Positions 50,907 to 59,728 of a stretch of 64,000 bases of DNA are shown here, one piece after another. Within the stretch, counting starts at the first letter, position 1. Every line of letters starts with the position of its first letter. The translations under genes and the position numbers were made by a program. Below the pieces are notes generated by a model. The model worked only from the letters and a program-made list of their open reading frames with translations, was not told where the DNA came from and searched no databases. The stretch spans positions 105,967-169,966 of the forward strand of contig UQLU01000001.1 in assembly GCA_900542065.1 (NCBI GenBank). Direction: 5' to 3'. The DNA is from an uncultured Eggerthella sp. (GTDB lineage: Bacteria; Actinomycetota; Coriobacteriia; Coriobacteriales; Eggerthellaceae).

Positions 50907-52316
50907 ATGAGGCAGCATCTTAAAACATTAGCAAAGACGGTTACTACTCCTAAGGTTGTTGTAGAAGCTGTTGGCGATGGGAGTGTTACTCGTTCCATTA
51001 AGCATGCTGCTCGTAAAACTATTGACGATGTTGCAATGACGCCGTTTCTTCGTAAGATCACGTTCTTTTCCAGTGGGGGTGCCTTTTTAGAGGGGTATGC
51101 TCTATCGTTAATTGGTGTTGCACTTACTCAAATTACTCCATTATTTGAATTAGATTCATTCTGGAGCGCTGCTATTGGCGCTTCAGTTTTTCTCGGTATT
51201 TTAGTCGGCGCTATTTTAGGCGGTTATCTTACTGACTTAATTGGACGTCGTAAGATGTTCATTATCGACATGATTGCTATCGGCGTCGTGTCAATTCTTT
51301 CGATGTTTTCTACCGAGCCTTTGCATCTAGTTTTGGCGCGTTTCCTTATTGGCTTTTTCGTTGCCGCTGATTATCCTATCTCAACCGCTATGATCACCGA
51401 ATTTACTTCTAAACGTTATCGTGCCATTGCAATGGGTATGGTTTCTGCTTCATGGTACTTCGGTGCAACTGCTGCTGCCTTTGTAGGGTTTGCCTTATTC
51501 CCGATGGATGATGGCTGGAAGTGGATGCTTGGAAGCGCTGCTATTCCTTGTTTAATATTGCTTATCGGTCGTCATGATATTCCTGAGTCTCCCTTATGGC
51601 TTCGTGCTAAAGGAAGGTTAGAGGAAGCTCGTGCTGTTATGGATCGCGTCTATGGCGAAGATGTTGACTTCAATGATGAAGAGCAGGTCGGACGCACCAG
51701 CATGGCTCAAATTTTCAAGGGTGGTTATTTTAAACGAGTTGTCTTTGTAGGATTGCTGATTCTTTGTCAAGTTGTTCCGATGTATGCAATTTACACCTTT
51801 GGTCCTGACATCATGACTGCATTTGGTTTGGGCGAGGGTCGTGACTCAATCTTGGGAGAAGCAGCGGTTAGTTTATTCTTCCTAATTGGCACATTTCCTG
51901 CAATGTTTTGGCTGAACTCTATCGGACGTCGTCCTTTATTGATTGGCTCGCTTGCTTTTATGGCGATTGGTTTAATTATTCTTGGTGTATTCCCTGCAGC
52001 TCCCGTAATCGTCATTATTCTTGCTTTTGGTCTGTATGCATTCTTTAGTGGTGGACCTGGCATTTTGCAGTGGTTGTATCCTAACGAGCTTTTCCCAACA
52101 TCGGTTCGCGCTTCAGCGGTAGGAATTGCTATTTCTATTTCACGCGTGGGTACTATTGTTTCAACTTACGGAACACCGCTTATGCTTGAACAGTTTGGCG
52201 TCGGTCCAACGATGCTTGTTGCTGCAGGTCTTGTTGTGCTTGGGCTGGTGCTTTCTATCTTTATGGCTCCTGAAACAAGAGGCAAATCTTTGGCAGAAAC
52301 AAGCAAAATCCACTAA
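50907..52316 (+). CDS. MFS transporter of the metabolite:H+ symporter / sugar-porter type (ProP/KgtP-like)
   Basis: GRRKMFIIDM and PESPLWL motifs, 12 predicted TMs. ATG 50907 is preceded by AGGTGA. It starts 16 nt after the hydratase stop. Confidence 0.7.
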   Translation: MRQHLKTLAKTVTTPKVVVEAVGDGSVTRSIKHAARKTIDDVAMTPFLRKITFFSSGGAFLEGYALSLIGVALTQITPLFELDSFWSAAIGASVFLGILVGAILGGYLTDLIGRRKMFIIDMIAIGVVSILSMFSTEPLHLVLARFLIGFFVAADYPISTAMITEFTSKRYRAIAMGMVSASWYFGATAAAFVGFALFPMDDGWKWMLGSAAIPCLILLIGRHDIPESPLWLRAKGRLEEARAVMDRVYGEDVDFNDEEQVGRTSMAQIFKGGYFKRVVFVGLLILCQVVPMYAIYTFGPDIMTAFGLGEGRDSILGEAAVSLFFLIGTFPAMFWLNSIGRRPLLIGSLAFMAIGLIILGVFPAAPVIVIILAFGLYAFFSGGPGILQWLYPNELFPTSVRASAVGIAISISRVGTIVSTYGTPLMLEQFGVGPTMLVAAGLVVLGLVLSIFMAPETRGKSLAETSKIH

Positions 52317-52780
52317 CTTCAGTAAGTACATGATTTCTTAGTCGCATAGAACAGATTATTAATTTCTGTTGCTTTATGTGACTGCGTCTATTATTTTTGG
52401 CATTTAAGACGTTATGGTACGCATTTTTTGAGAAAGTAACACATCTAGAAAATCCTAATTCAATAGCATGTAACTAAGTAGACAATATAGGTAACAACCG
52501 ATTGCTTAGCTGTTCGCCTCCTGAATACTTTCCTAAAATCATCGAAGAAGAGTATTACTTTTTTAAATATTGCGTACCACCCCTGCAGATTTAGGAAGAA
52601 ATGTGTACTTTCCCACGAAACTTATCATCTAGTCGCACTCTGCGATGTAATTAGCTATGCGTAAATTGTAATTATCTAAATTTGCGGCATCTACACTGGC
52701 TATATCAAAATGATTCAAGAACAAATGAATATACATTTCTTGCATTATCTGCAGGGGTAGGTCTCAAATCGCAAAAATCT

Positions 52781-52820
52781 AAAAGACGCCTAAGCTATGT
52801 AAGCTTAGGCGTCGTATTTT
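52781..52820. terminator. Strong bidirectional-looking hairpin (12-bp stem GACGCCTAAGCT / AGCTTAGGCGTC) with flanking A and T runs, inside the gene-free gap
   Basis: Read directly. It lies 165 bp downstream of the caiD-like stop on the minus strand and ~465 bp downstream of the MFS gene on the plus strand. Confidence 0.45.
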
Positions 52821-52984
52821 AGAGAGGAGTGGATTATGAATCGATGCTGCCCTTTACTTGAAGAAAGGATTTGTCTGTTGAGGGTTAGTAAAGGGCAGTG
52901 GTAGGTGAGGGCTTGTGTTCATGAAATGAACTTTGTTGTAGAAGTGAACTTCCTTCTACAAAGATTAGCGATCAAGTTGCGCTT

Positions 52985-53770
52985 TTAGCGACCTTTCCAA
53001 ACTGGTTCGCGCTTCTCAACAAATGCTGCAGGGCCTTCAATGCCGTCTTCAGTCTTTTCCAAGAAGCGATAAGCTGCATCGCAATACTTCATAGCATCTT
53101 CTTCAGACATCTGGTCTGCAGCATGAACAAGGTACTTAGTCCACTTAAGAGCCAAAGGAGCGTTCTTTAAGCATTGCTCTGCAAGCTCGATTGCCTTATC
53201 CATAACTTCTTCAGCAGGAACTACATAGTTGATAAGGCCAAGCTTCTGCGCTTCTTCTGCTTTAATCTTCTTACCAGTAAGAAGAAGTTCCATGCAATCT
53301 TTGCGGTTGATGTCACGAGCAAGACGAACGATACCGCCCGTAGAAGCGATAATGCCCAAGCCTACTTCGGTACAACCAAATTTAGCGCGATCGGATGCTA
53401 CAACCATGTCGCAGGAAAGTGCGATTTCCATACCACCGCCAGCAGCAGAGCCATTGCAAGCAGCAATTACGGGCTTAGAGCACGTGCGAGCAGTTAAACC
53501 ACCGAAACCATGTTCGGTTACTGTCTGGCATTCTCCGCCTTCAGAAAGCTCGGAGAGGTCTTCGCCAGCGCAGAATACTTTGCCCGTGCCTGTAACGATA
53601 ATTGCGCGAACAGCAGGATCAGTCTCTGCATTGTTCATAATGTTTTCCATGGCTTTTGAAGTTGCACCGTTGAGTGCATTTGCCATGTCAGGACGATTGA
53701 TGCGGATAATCAGAAGTCCGTCTTCACGGAGCTCTGATACGACCGTATCGGTTCCATAATAATCTGCCAT
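52985..53770 (-). CDS. CaiD-like enoyl-CoA hydratase/isomerase (carnitinyl-CoA dehydratase family, crotonase fold)
   Basis: 261 aa crotonase fold (VFCAGEDL...AACNGSAAGGGMEIALSCDM). The C-terminal IEGPAAFVEKREPVWKGR closely matches the CaiD C-terminus as I recall it. Strong GGAGG RBS. Confidence 0.7.
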   Translation of the reverse strand: MADYYGTDTVVSELREDGLLIIRINRPDMANALNGATSKAMENIMNNAETDPAVRAIIVTGTGKVFCAGEDLSELSEGGECQTVTEHGFGGLTARTCSKPVIAACNGSAAGGGMEIALSCDMVVASDRAKFGCTEVGLGIIASTGGIVRLARDINRKDCMELLLTGKKIKAEEAQKLGLINYVVPAEEVMDKAIELAEQCLKNAPLALKWTKYLVHAADQMSEEDAMKYCDAAYRFLEKTEDGIEGPAAFVEKREPVWKGR

Positions 53771-54150
53771 TGTTTCCTCCTTGTACTACCTCGTATAGGT
53801 AAATAGGTGCATTAAGATTTTTAAACTTCCCATTTGTGTTTGTAGGAACAACACATGTTCTTAATGCACTTTAGATGGTATGAATTTTGTTGTTTTGCAG
53901 CATCGCGAGCTATTGCGTATAGGCTAATTACTTAAAAAAGACCACTCACTACTTTTTAAGTATTGTGTTGATTAGGGGTTTGTACCACTAGGGGTAGTAC
54001 TTGATATACACGCGAAAAGGAAACAGATAATTCCATTTACCGAGCAATCAAGCGTTCCCCGCGAACACAGGGCAGCATATCTTGGCATTACTACTAGAGT
54101 AAATACATCGCCTTTAGGGCGATTTTGTCTATCAGTTGCAGAAGAGGTGG

Positions 54151-56097
54151 ATGCCCATGGAAATGATTGGATTCCTTATCCTGTTTCCGCTCATTGTTGC
54201 GGGCTTGCTTTTGGTCTTTCGTAAGACGAAGCCCCGCAATGTAATTGTATGTATTGGATCGGCAGCAATTGCTATCGTCTCAATTGTCCTCGTTGTTACT
54301 TATATGGGTACAACAGGCACGTACTTTACGTTTGAATCGGTGTATGTTGATTACATTTGCCTTGCGGTTGACGTAATTATTGCAATTACCATCATTGCTT
54401 TTGGTGTTAAGTATCGCAACGCACCTGCAATCATCCTTGCAATCATTCAAATTGCGGGTACGTTAGTGTATGAATTCATGTTTGCACATGGTCTAGAGTG
54501 CTCACGTAGTTTATATATCGATTCTTTGTCGTTAATTATGGCGCTTATTATCGGTATTGTGGGTACGGGTATTTGCGTGTACTCCATTGGCTATATGCAT
54601 GACTTCTACTTTGGTATTCATCACCCTGAAACTGAAATGCCTGATCGACGTCCAACGTTCTTTGCGTTGATGTTTGTCTTCCTCTCTGCAATGTATGGCA
54701 TCATTTTCTTTAACAATATGATTTGGCTCTTCACTGCATGGGAAGTAACCACGCTGTGTTCGTTCTTGCTTATTGGCTTTACGAAAACCGATGAGGCAAT
54801 CCATAATGCCTTCCGCCAGATTATTATGAACCTGGTTGGTGGTATCGCTTTCTTGGCGGCGCTGTATTACCTCGCAATTCAGTTCAGCTGCATTGACTTT
54901 ATGGACTTCATTGTATTTGGCACTATTGCACCAACCTATGTCGTCTTACCTCTTACGTGCTTAAGCTTGGCCGGTATGACAAAAGCTGCTCAAATGCCAT
55001 TCCATACCTGGCTTTTGGGAGCAATGGTTGCACCCACGCCAACTTCTGCGCTTCTGCATTCTTCTACGATGGTAAAGGCTGGCGTATTTATGCTTATTAA
55101 ATGCGCACCTATTTATGCGGTTTCCTTTGCGCCATCTATCTTGGTTATTCTTGTTGGTGGAATTACCTTCTTGTTGTGTTCAATGATGGCTATTTCACAG
55201 TCGAATGGTAAGCGCGTTTTGGCATATTCTACAATTGCTAACCTTGGCTTGATTACTGCCTGCGCTGGCGTTGGTACTGCTGAGGCTATTTGGGCAGCTA
55301 TTTTGTTGGTTATTTTCCACGCTGTTGCAAAAAGCCTTTTGTTCCTTTGTGTTGGTACTGCAGAACACCATATCGGTTCGCGTGACATTGAAGATATGGA
55401 TTTGCTCTTTGAACGTATGCCACGTCTGTCCCGTATGATGATTGTCGGTATCATGATTATGTTCTTGGCGCCCTTTGGCATGCTGGTTGCTAAATGGGCA
55501 ACATTGGTTTCGTTTGTCGATACCCGTCAGTTTGCGCTTTTGTTAATGCTTGCATTCGGTTCTGCTGCAACCTTTATGTTCTGGGGTAAATGGCTTGGAA
55601 AGCTTGCAGGCATTACGGGTACTCCTGAAAGTATCGAGAAAACAGTTCATTGGAGTGAATGGGTAGCTACCATGACCTTTACTATTCTTGCATTGGTTAG
55701 CTGCGCAACTATTCCACTTATGTCTGATTACTTAATTGAGCCTTATATTGCTTCTGTTCTTGGTATTGCCATCCAGCCTATTCTTGATGACGATCTCTAT
55801 ATTGCGGGAATTTGTTGTTTGGTTATGGCTGTGGTCCTTTTGGGTGGCATGCGCAAGTACAAGAAGGGTGTACGTAAGACTGACGCATATCTTTCTGGTA
55901 TTTCGGTTAATAATGCTGACCGTACCTTTGTTAATGCGCTCTCTCAGCCCATGCAGGCAACCGCTCGAAACTGGTATTTAGAGCCAGTATTTGGCGAAGC
56001 AAAGATTAAACCTATCGGTACTATTGCTTGCTATGTATTGCTTGCTGCTGCATTTGTTTGGGCAATTTATTTAACCGTTGCAATGGGAATTCTTTAA
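54151..56097 (+). CDS. echA: Ech-type hydrogenase membrane subunit EchA (NuoL/MnhA/HyfB-like antiporter module)
   Basis: About 649 aa polytopic protein with NuoL-family conserved TM helices (WEVTTLCSFLLIGF). ATG at 54151 has a GAAGAGGTGG RBS; the ORF-track TTG at 54136 is less likely. Confidence 0.75.
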   Translation: MPMEMIGFLILFPLIVAGLLLVFRKTKPRNVIVCIGSAAIAIVSIVLVVTYMGTTGTYFTFESVYVDYICLAVDVIIAITIIAFGVKYRNAPAIILAIIQIAGTLVYEFMFAHGLECSRSLYIDSLSLIMALIIGIVGTGICVYSIGYMHDFYFGIHHPETEMPDRRPTFFALMFVFLSAMYGIIFFNNMIWLFTAWEVTTLCSFLLIGFTKTDEAIHNAFRQIIMNLVGGIAFLAALYYLAIQFSCIDFMDFIVFGTIAPTYVVLPLTCLSLAGMTKAAQMPFHTWLLGAMVAPTPTSALLHSSTMVKAGVFMLIKCAPIYAVSFAPSILVILVGGITFLLCSMMAISQSNGKRVLAYSTIANLGLITACAGVGTAEAIWAAILLVIFHAVAKSLLFLCVGTAEHHIGSRDIEDMDLLFERMPRLSRMMIVGIMIMFLAPFGMLVAKWATLVSFVDTRQFALLLMLAFGSAATFMFWGKWLGKLAGITGTPESIEKTVHWSEWVATMTFTILALVSCATIPLMSDYLIEPYIASVLGIAIQPILDDDLYIAGICCLVMAVVLLGGMRKYKKGVRKTDAYLSGISVNNADRTFVNALSQPMQATARNWYLEPVFGEAKIKPIGTIACYVLLAAAFVWAIYLTVAMGIL

Positions 56098-56114
56098 GGC
56101 GAAGGAGATACTGA

Positions 56115-56996
56115 ATGGATACTTTAATTTCAATCCTCATTACACTTCTTGCCTCTGTGGTATTTGCTATTGTTGCAACAGTATTAGGTTGCTTGCTTTC
56201 GGGTCTTGACCGTAAGGTAACGGCACGTATGCAAGGTCGTGTTGGTCCTCCTTTGCTTCAGCCTTATTACGATGTGCGTAAGTTGTTCGCCAAGGAGAAC
56301 GCGAGCGTAAATACCGCTATCGGTACGTACGTATTTTGGGCTCTCATCTTTACCTTTATTGCAGGTGGCATCTTTATTTCTGGTGGCAATATCTTGCTTT
56401 GCGTATTTATTGTTACGCTTTCAGAAATGCTTTTTATTATGGCTGCTTATGCTGCTCGTTCGCCTTTCGCTGAAGTTGGAGCGCATCGCGAAACGCTGCA
56501 GGTTATGGCGTATGAACCTATGGTCTTGCTTCTTGCGGTTGGATTCTTTTTAGCAACAGGAAGCTTTAATGTTTCAACGGTTTTGCACCTTGATTATCCG
56601 ATCATTGGCTCTATTGTTGGTGTGTTTATTGGTTTGCTCTTTATCCTTACCATTAAACTTCGCAAATCACCATTCGACCTTTCTTGTTCGCATCACGCTC
56701 ACCAAGATTTGGTCAAAGGTGTAACTACCGAAATGTCTGGAAAGGTATTAGGCCAAGTAGAAATAATGCATTGGTGCGAGAACATTTTGTTCTTAGCATG
56801 GGTTGCCCTGTTCTTCATTTGGGAAAGCCCTCTATGCATACCCGTTGTTATCATTGCCTTAGTTTTGATTTATCTCTTAGAAATTTGGATTGATAACAAT
56901 TTTGCTCGCGTTAAATGGCAGCTCCTACTTAAGTCCGCTTGGATTGTTACGCTGGTATTTGCGGGTATTAACATTGGATTATTGATTTATCTGTAA
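56115..56996 (+). CDS. echB: Ech hydrogenase membrane subunit EchB (NuoH/HycD-like)
   Basis: 293 aa with RMQGRVGPPLLQPYYDVRKLF, the hallmark NuoH/HycD N-terminal loop. Confidence 0.8.
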   Translation: MDTLISILITLLASVVFAIVATVLGCLLSGLDRKVTARMQGRVGPPLLQPYYDVRKLFAKENASVNTAIGTYVFWALIFTFIAGGIFISGGNILLCVFIVTLSEMLFIMAAYAARSPFAEVGAHRETLQVMAYEPMVLLLAVGFFLATGSFNVSTVLHLDYPIIGSIVGVFIGLLFILTIKLRKSPFDLSCSHHAHQDLVKGVTTEMSGKVLGQVEIMHWCENILFLAWVALFFIWESPLCIPVVIIALVLIYLLEIWIDNNFARVKWQLLLKSAWIVTLVFAGINIGLLIYL

Positions 56997-57005
56997 GGAG
57001 AAGAT

Positions 57006-57449
57006 ATGTCTGCTATTTCTAAATCTCCTTGGATTATTCACTATGATGGCTCTAGCTGTAATGGCTGTGATATCGAGGTATTAGCTGCTTTAACGCCCCT
57101 TTATGATGCAGAGCGTTTTGGTGTTATCAATACTGGTAACCCAAAGCATGCCGATATCTTTTTGGTAACAGGAAGCGTAAATCAGCGCAATATTAGCGTT
57201 ATTCAAGAGATTTACAACCAGATGGTTGAACCTAAAGTAGTGGTAGCTTGTGGAGTTTGCGCATGTTCAGGCGGTATTTTCCATGACTGCTATAACGTTA
57301 TTGGTGGTGTTGACCAGGCAATTCCTGTTGATGTTTATGCGGCAGGTTGCGCTGTTCGCCCTGAAGCAATTATCGATGCAGTAGTACAGGGTGTTGCTGT
57401 ATTAGAAGAAAAAGCAAAAAAGATTGCTGAGCAGAAGAAAGGTGCCTAA
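57006..57449 (+). CDS. echC: Ech hydrogenase small subunit EchC (NuoB-like, [4Fe-4S])
   Basis: 147 aa with SCNGCDIEVL and CG..CA.SGG Cys ligands of the NuoB/HycG family. Confidence 0.85.
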   Translation: MSAISKSPWIIHYDGSSCNGCDIEVLAALTPLYDAERFGVINTGNPKHADIFLVTGSVNQRNISVIQEIYNQMVEPKVVVACGVCACSGGIFHDCYNVIGGVDQAIPVDVYAAGCAVRPEAIIDAVVQGVAVLEEKAKKIAEQKKGA

Positions 57450-57451
57450 CA

Positions 57452-58087
57452 ATGTCGGTTAAACAAGACTTTCGACCCTTGGCACTCGATCAGCTAATTG
57501 ACACGTGCAAGGAATATAAAGAAAAAGGATATCGCTTAGACCAGCTGCTTCCTAAGCTTGAGCGTGATGACACCATAACGCTGATTTATACCTTTGTAAT
57601 GGGTGAGGAGATTGTCAATTTCAAAATTGGCGGAATTATTAAAAATGAAACCGTTGTTCCTTCTGTTACGGAATTATTTATTGCGGCATTTGTTTTTGAA
57701 AATGAGGCTCACGAGCTCTATGGCGTAAACATTGAAGGTAATGTTTTGGACTTCAAGGGTAACTTCTATAAATTCCCTGAAGGTGTAGAAGCTCCTATGA
57801 CCATTATTTCGCCTGAACAGCTTGCTGCTCGAGAAAAAGCTGCAAAGATTGCTGCTGCTAAAGCTGCTCGTGAAGCAAAAGCAAAAGCAGCAAAAGAAGG
57901 TCAGGGTACTGCACCATCTCAAAGCGTAGATGAAGCAACACAAGCTCAAAAAGAAGCAGAACTTGAAGCGAAGCTTGCTGGAATGGATCCTGAAAAGGCT
58001 GCAAAAGTTCGTGCTGCTATGGAAGCAAAAGCTAAACGTGCGGCGAAAACACAAACTACAACCGACACTTCAAAGGAAGGGGAGTAA
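57452..58087 (+). CDS. echD: Ech hydrogenase subunit EchD (NuoC/30-kDa-like) with an ~90-aa Ala/Lys/Glu-rich C-terminal tail
   Basis: The N-terminal ~120 aa match the NuoC-like fold (FIAAFVFENEAHELYGVNIEGN). The tail has AKAAREAKAKAAKE-type repeats. Confidence 0.7.
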   Translation: MSVKQDFRPLALDQLIDTCKEYKEKGYRLDQLLPKLERDDTITLIYTFVMGEEIVNFKIGGIIKNETVVPSVTELFIAAFVFENEAHELYGVNIEGNVLDFKGNFYKFPEGVEAPMTIISPEQLAAREKAAKIAAAKAAREAKAKAAKEGQGTAPSQSVDEATQAQKEAELEAKLAGMDPEKAAKVRAAMEAKAKRAAKTQTTTDTSKEGE

Positions 58088-58089
58088 TA

Positions 58090-59178
58090 ATGGGAAAAGC
58101 TCAAGTTATACCCTTCGGCCCTCAGCATCCAGTTTTACCAGAACCAGTTCATTTGGATTTGGTTGTTCAGGATGAAACGGTTGTTGATGTACTTCCGCAG
58201 ATTGGTTTTATTCATCGCGGTTTAGAAAAGCTCGTGGAAACACGTGATATTCATCAATATATCTATGTAGCTGAACGTATTTGTGGTATTTGCGCGTTTG
58301 GCCATAGTTATGGTTATGCCCAAGCGGTTGAAACGCTTATGGGTGCCGAAGTTCCTATGAGAGCTGAATATTTGCGTACGATTATGCACGAGCTTTCTCG
58401 TATCCATTCTCATCTTTTGTGGATGGGATTAGCAGCTGACGCTTTTGGTTATGAAAGCTTATTTATGCATACCTGGCGACTGCGTGAGCGCATCCTAGAT
58501 ATTTTTGAAGCAGTAGCAGGTGGTCGAGTAATTCTTTCTTATACACTCTTGGGCGGTGTTACTAAAGATATTGATGCACCAATGCTTGCATCTATTAAAG
58601 ATACTCTTAAAGGTATCGGCAAAGAATATGGCGAAATCTGTAATGCTTTTTTGAAGGACTCTTCCGTTAAGAATCGTACGGTTGGTGTAGGTATTGTTGA
58701 TGAAGAGCATGCCTACGAATACGGTATGGTTGGTCCTTTTGCTCGAGCAAGCAACGTTAACAACGATGTTCGTTGTTTGGGAATTGGCGGATACGGCGAA
58801 CTGTCTTCCTTTGAACCCATTTTAGATACTGCTGGTGACTGTTATGCGCGTGTTAAGGTTCGCGCTTTAGAGGTGCTACAGTCCATTGATATTATCAACG
58901 AATTGATTGATAAGATTCCTGATGGTCCTGTTCATATTCCTGTTAAGGGCGCTCCAGCAGATGGATCTGAAGCCTGCAATATTTTAGAACAGCCGCGTGG
59001 TGAAGTGTTCTATTACTGCAGTGGTAATGGTACTAAGAATCTTGAGCGTATGCGTATTCGCACCCCAACTTCACAGAACCTTGCAGGCATGACCATGGCA
59101 CTTAAAGGTTGTGAAATTGCCGATGTAAACATGATCGTACTTTCAATTGACCCTTGCATTAGTTGTACGGAAAGGTAG
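58090..59178 (+). CDS. echE: Ech hydrogenase [NiFe] large subunit EchE (NuoD/HycE-like)
   Basis: 362 aa with an N-terminal RICGICAFGHSYGYAQA motif and a C-terminal DPCISCTER motif. These are the two CxxC pairs that ligate the Ni-Fe centre. Confidence 0.85.
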   Translation: MGKAQVIPFGPQHPVLPEPVHLDLVVQDETVVDVLPQIGFIHRGLEKLVETRDIHQYIYVAERICGICAFGHSYGYAQAVETLMGAEVPMRAEYLRTIMHELSRIHSHLLWMGLAADAFGYESLFMHTWRLRERILDIFEAVAGGRVILSYTLLGGVTKDIDAPMLASIKDTLKGIGKEYGEICNAFLKDSSVKNRTVGVGIVDEEHAYEYGMVGPFARASNVNNDVRCLGIGGYGELSSFEPILDTAGDCYARVKVRALEVLQSIDIINELIDKIPDGPVHIPVKGAPADGSEACNILEQPRGEVFYYCSGNGTKNLERMRIRTPTSQNLAGMTMALKGCEIADVNMIVLSIDPCISCTER

Positions 59179-59185
59179 GAGCGTG

Positions 59186-59638
59186 ATGGGTGGTTTTAAA
59201 TTAGGAAAGATGACCCTTCGCTCGCTTTTTTCAAAACCCGAAACCATTCGGTATCCTTTTGAAGAGCCTGAGCATCCTGCTTGTATGAAGGGCCTTGTAG
59301 AATTTGATTACACAAATTGCATCTATTGCGGCATTTGCGAAAAGCGTTGTCCTACTAATGCCATTTCGGTTAATAAAGATGATCAAACATGGACTATTGA
59401 TCATTTTTCCTGCATTCAATGCGGATCTTGTATTCGTGAATGTCCGAAATCTTGCTTGACTATGGATCCTGTGTTAGTTCATCCTAGTACCGTGAAGACT
59501 AAGGTAACAGTTTCAAAACCTGAGCCAACCGAAGAGGAAAAGGCTGAGCTTGCACGCAAAGAAGCTGAAAAAGCTGCTAGAATCAAGGCTGCGAAGGAAG
59601 CAAAAGCAGCACGCGAGAAAGCAGCCGCAGAGCAATAG
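59186..59638 (+). CDS. echF: Ech hydrogenase 2x[4Fe-4S] ferredoxin subunit EchF (NuoI-like) with an Ala/Lys/Glu-rich C-terminal tail
   Basis: CIYCGICEKRCP and CIQCGSCIRECP clusters. The tail reads EEKAELARKEAEKAARIKAAKEAKAAREKAAAEQ. ATG 59186 has an AAAGGTAGGA RBS. Confidence 0.8.
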   Translation: MGGFKLGKMTLRSLFSKPETIRYPFEEPEHPACMKGLVEFDYTNCIYCGICEKRCPTNAISVNKDDQTWTIDHFSCIQCGSCIRECPKSCLTMDPVLVHPSTVKTKVTVSKPEPTEEEKAELARKEAEKAARIKAAKEAKAAREKAAAEQ

Positions 59639-59683
59639 TGTTACAGTAGTGCTTTGTAGGTTTTTGTGTATACTTTTGGTTTT

Positions 59684-59714
59684 AAGAACCGGGCCTTCAA
59701 GCCCGGTTCTTTTG
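59684..59714 (+). terminator. Rho-independent terminator of the ech operon
   Basis: AAGAACCGGGC-CTTCAA-GCCCGGTTCTT followed by TTT. Confidence 0.65.
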
Positions 59715-59728
59715 TGAAGGATGGGGTA

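Noticed and set aside
57674-58175. ORFs 57674-58054 (-), 57930-58175 (+) and 57946-58128 (-) overlapping the echD tail
   Set aside because: They arise from the repetitive GCTGCTAAAGCTGCT low-complexity DNA encoding the Ala/Lys tail. Open frames in all phases are expected there, and only the echD frame is continuous with a conserved domain.
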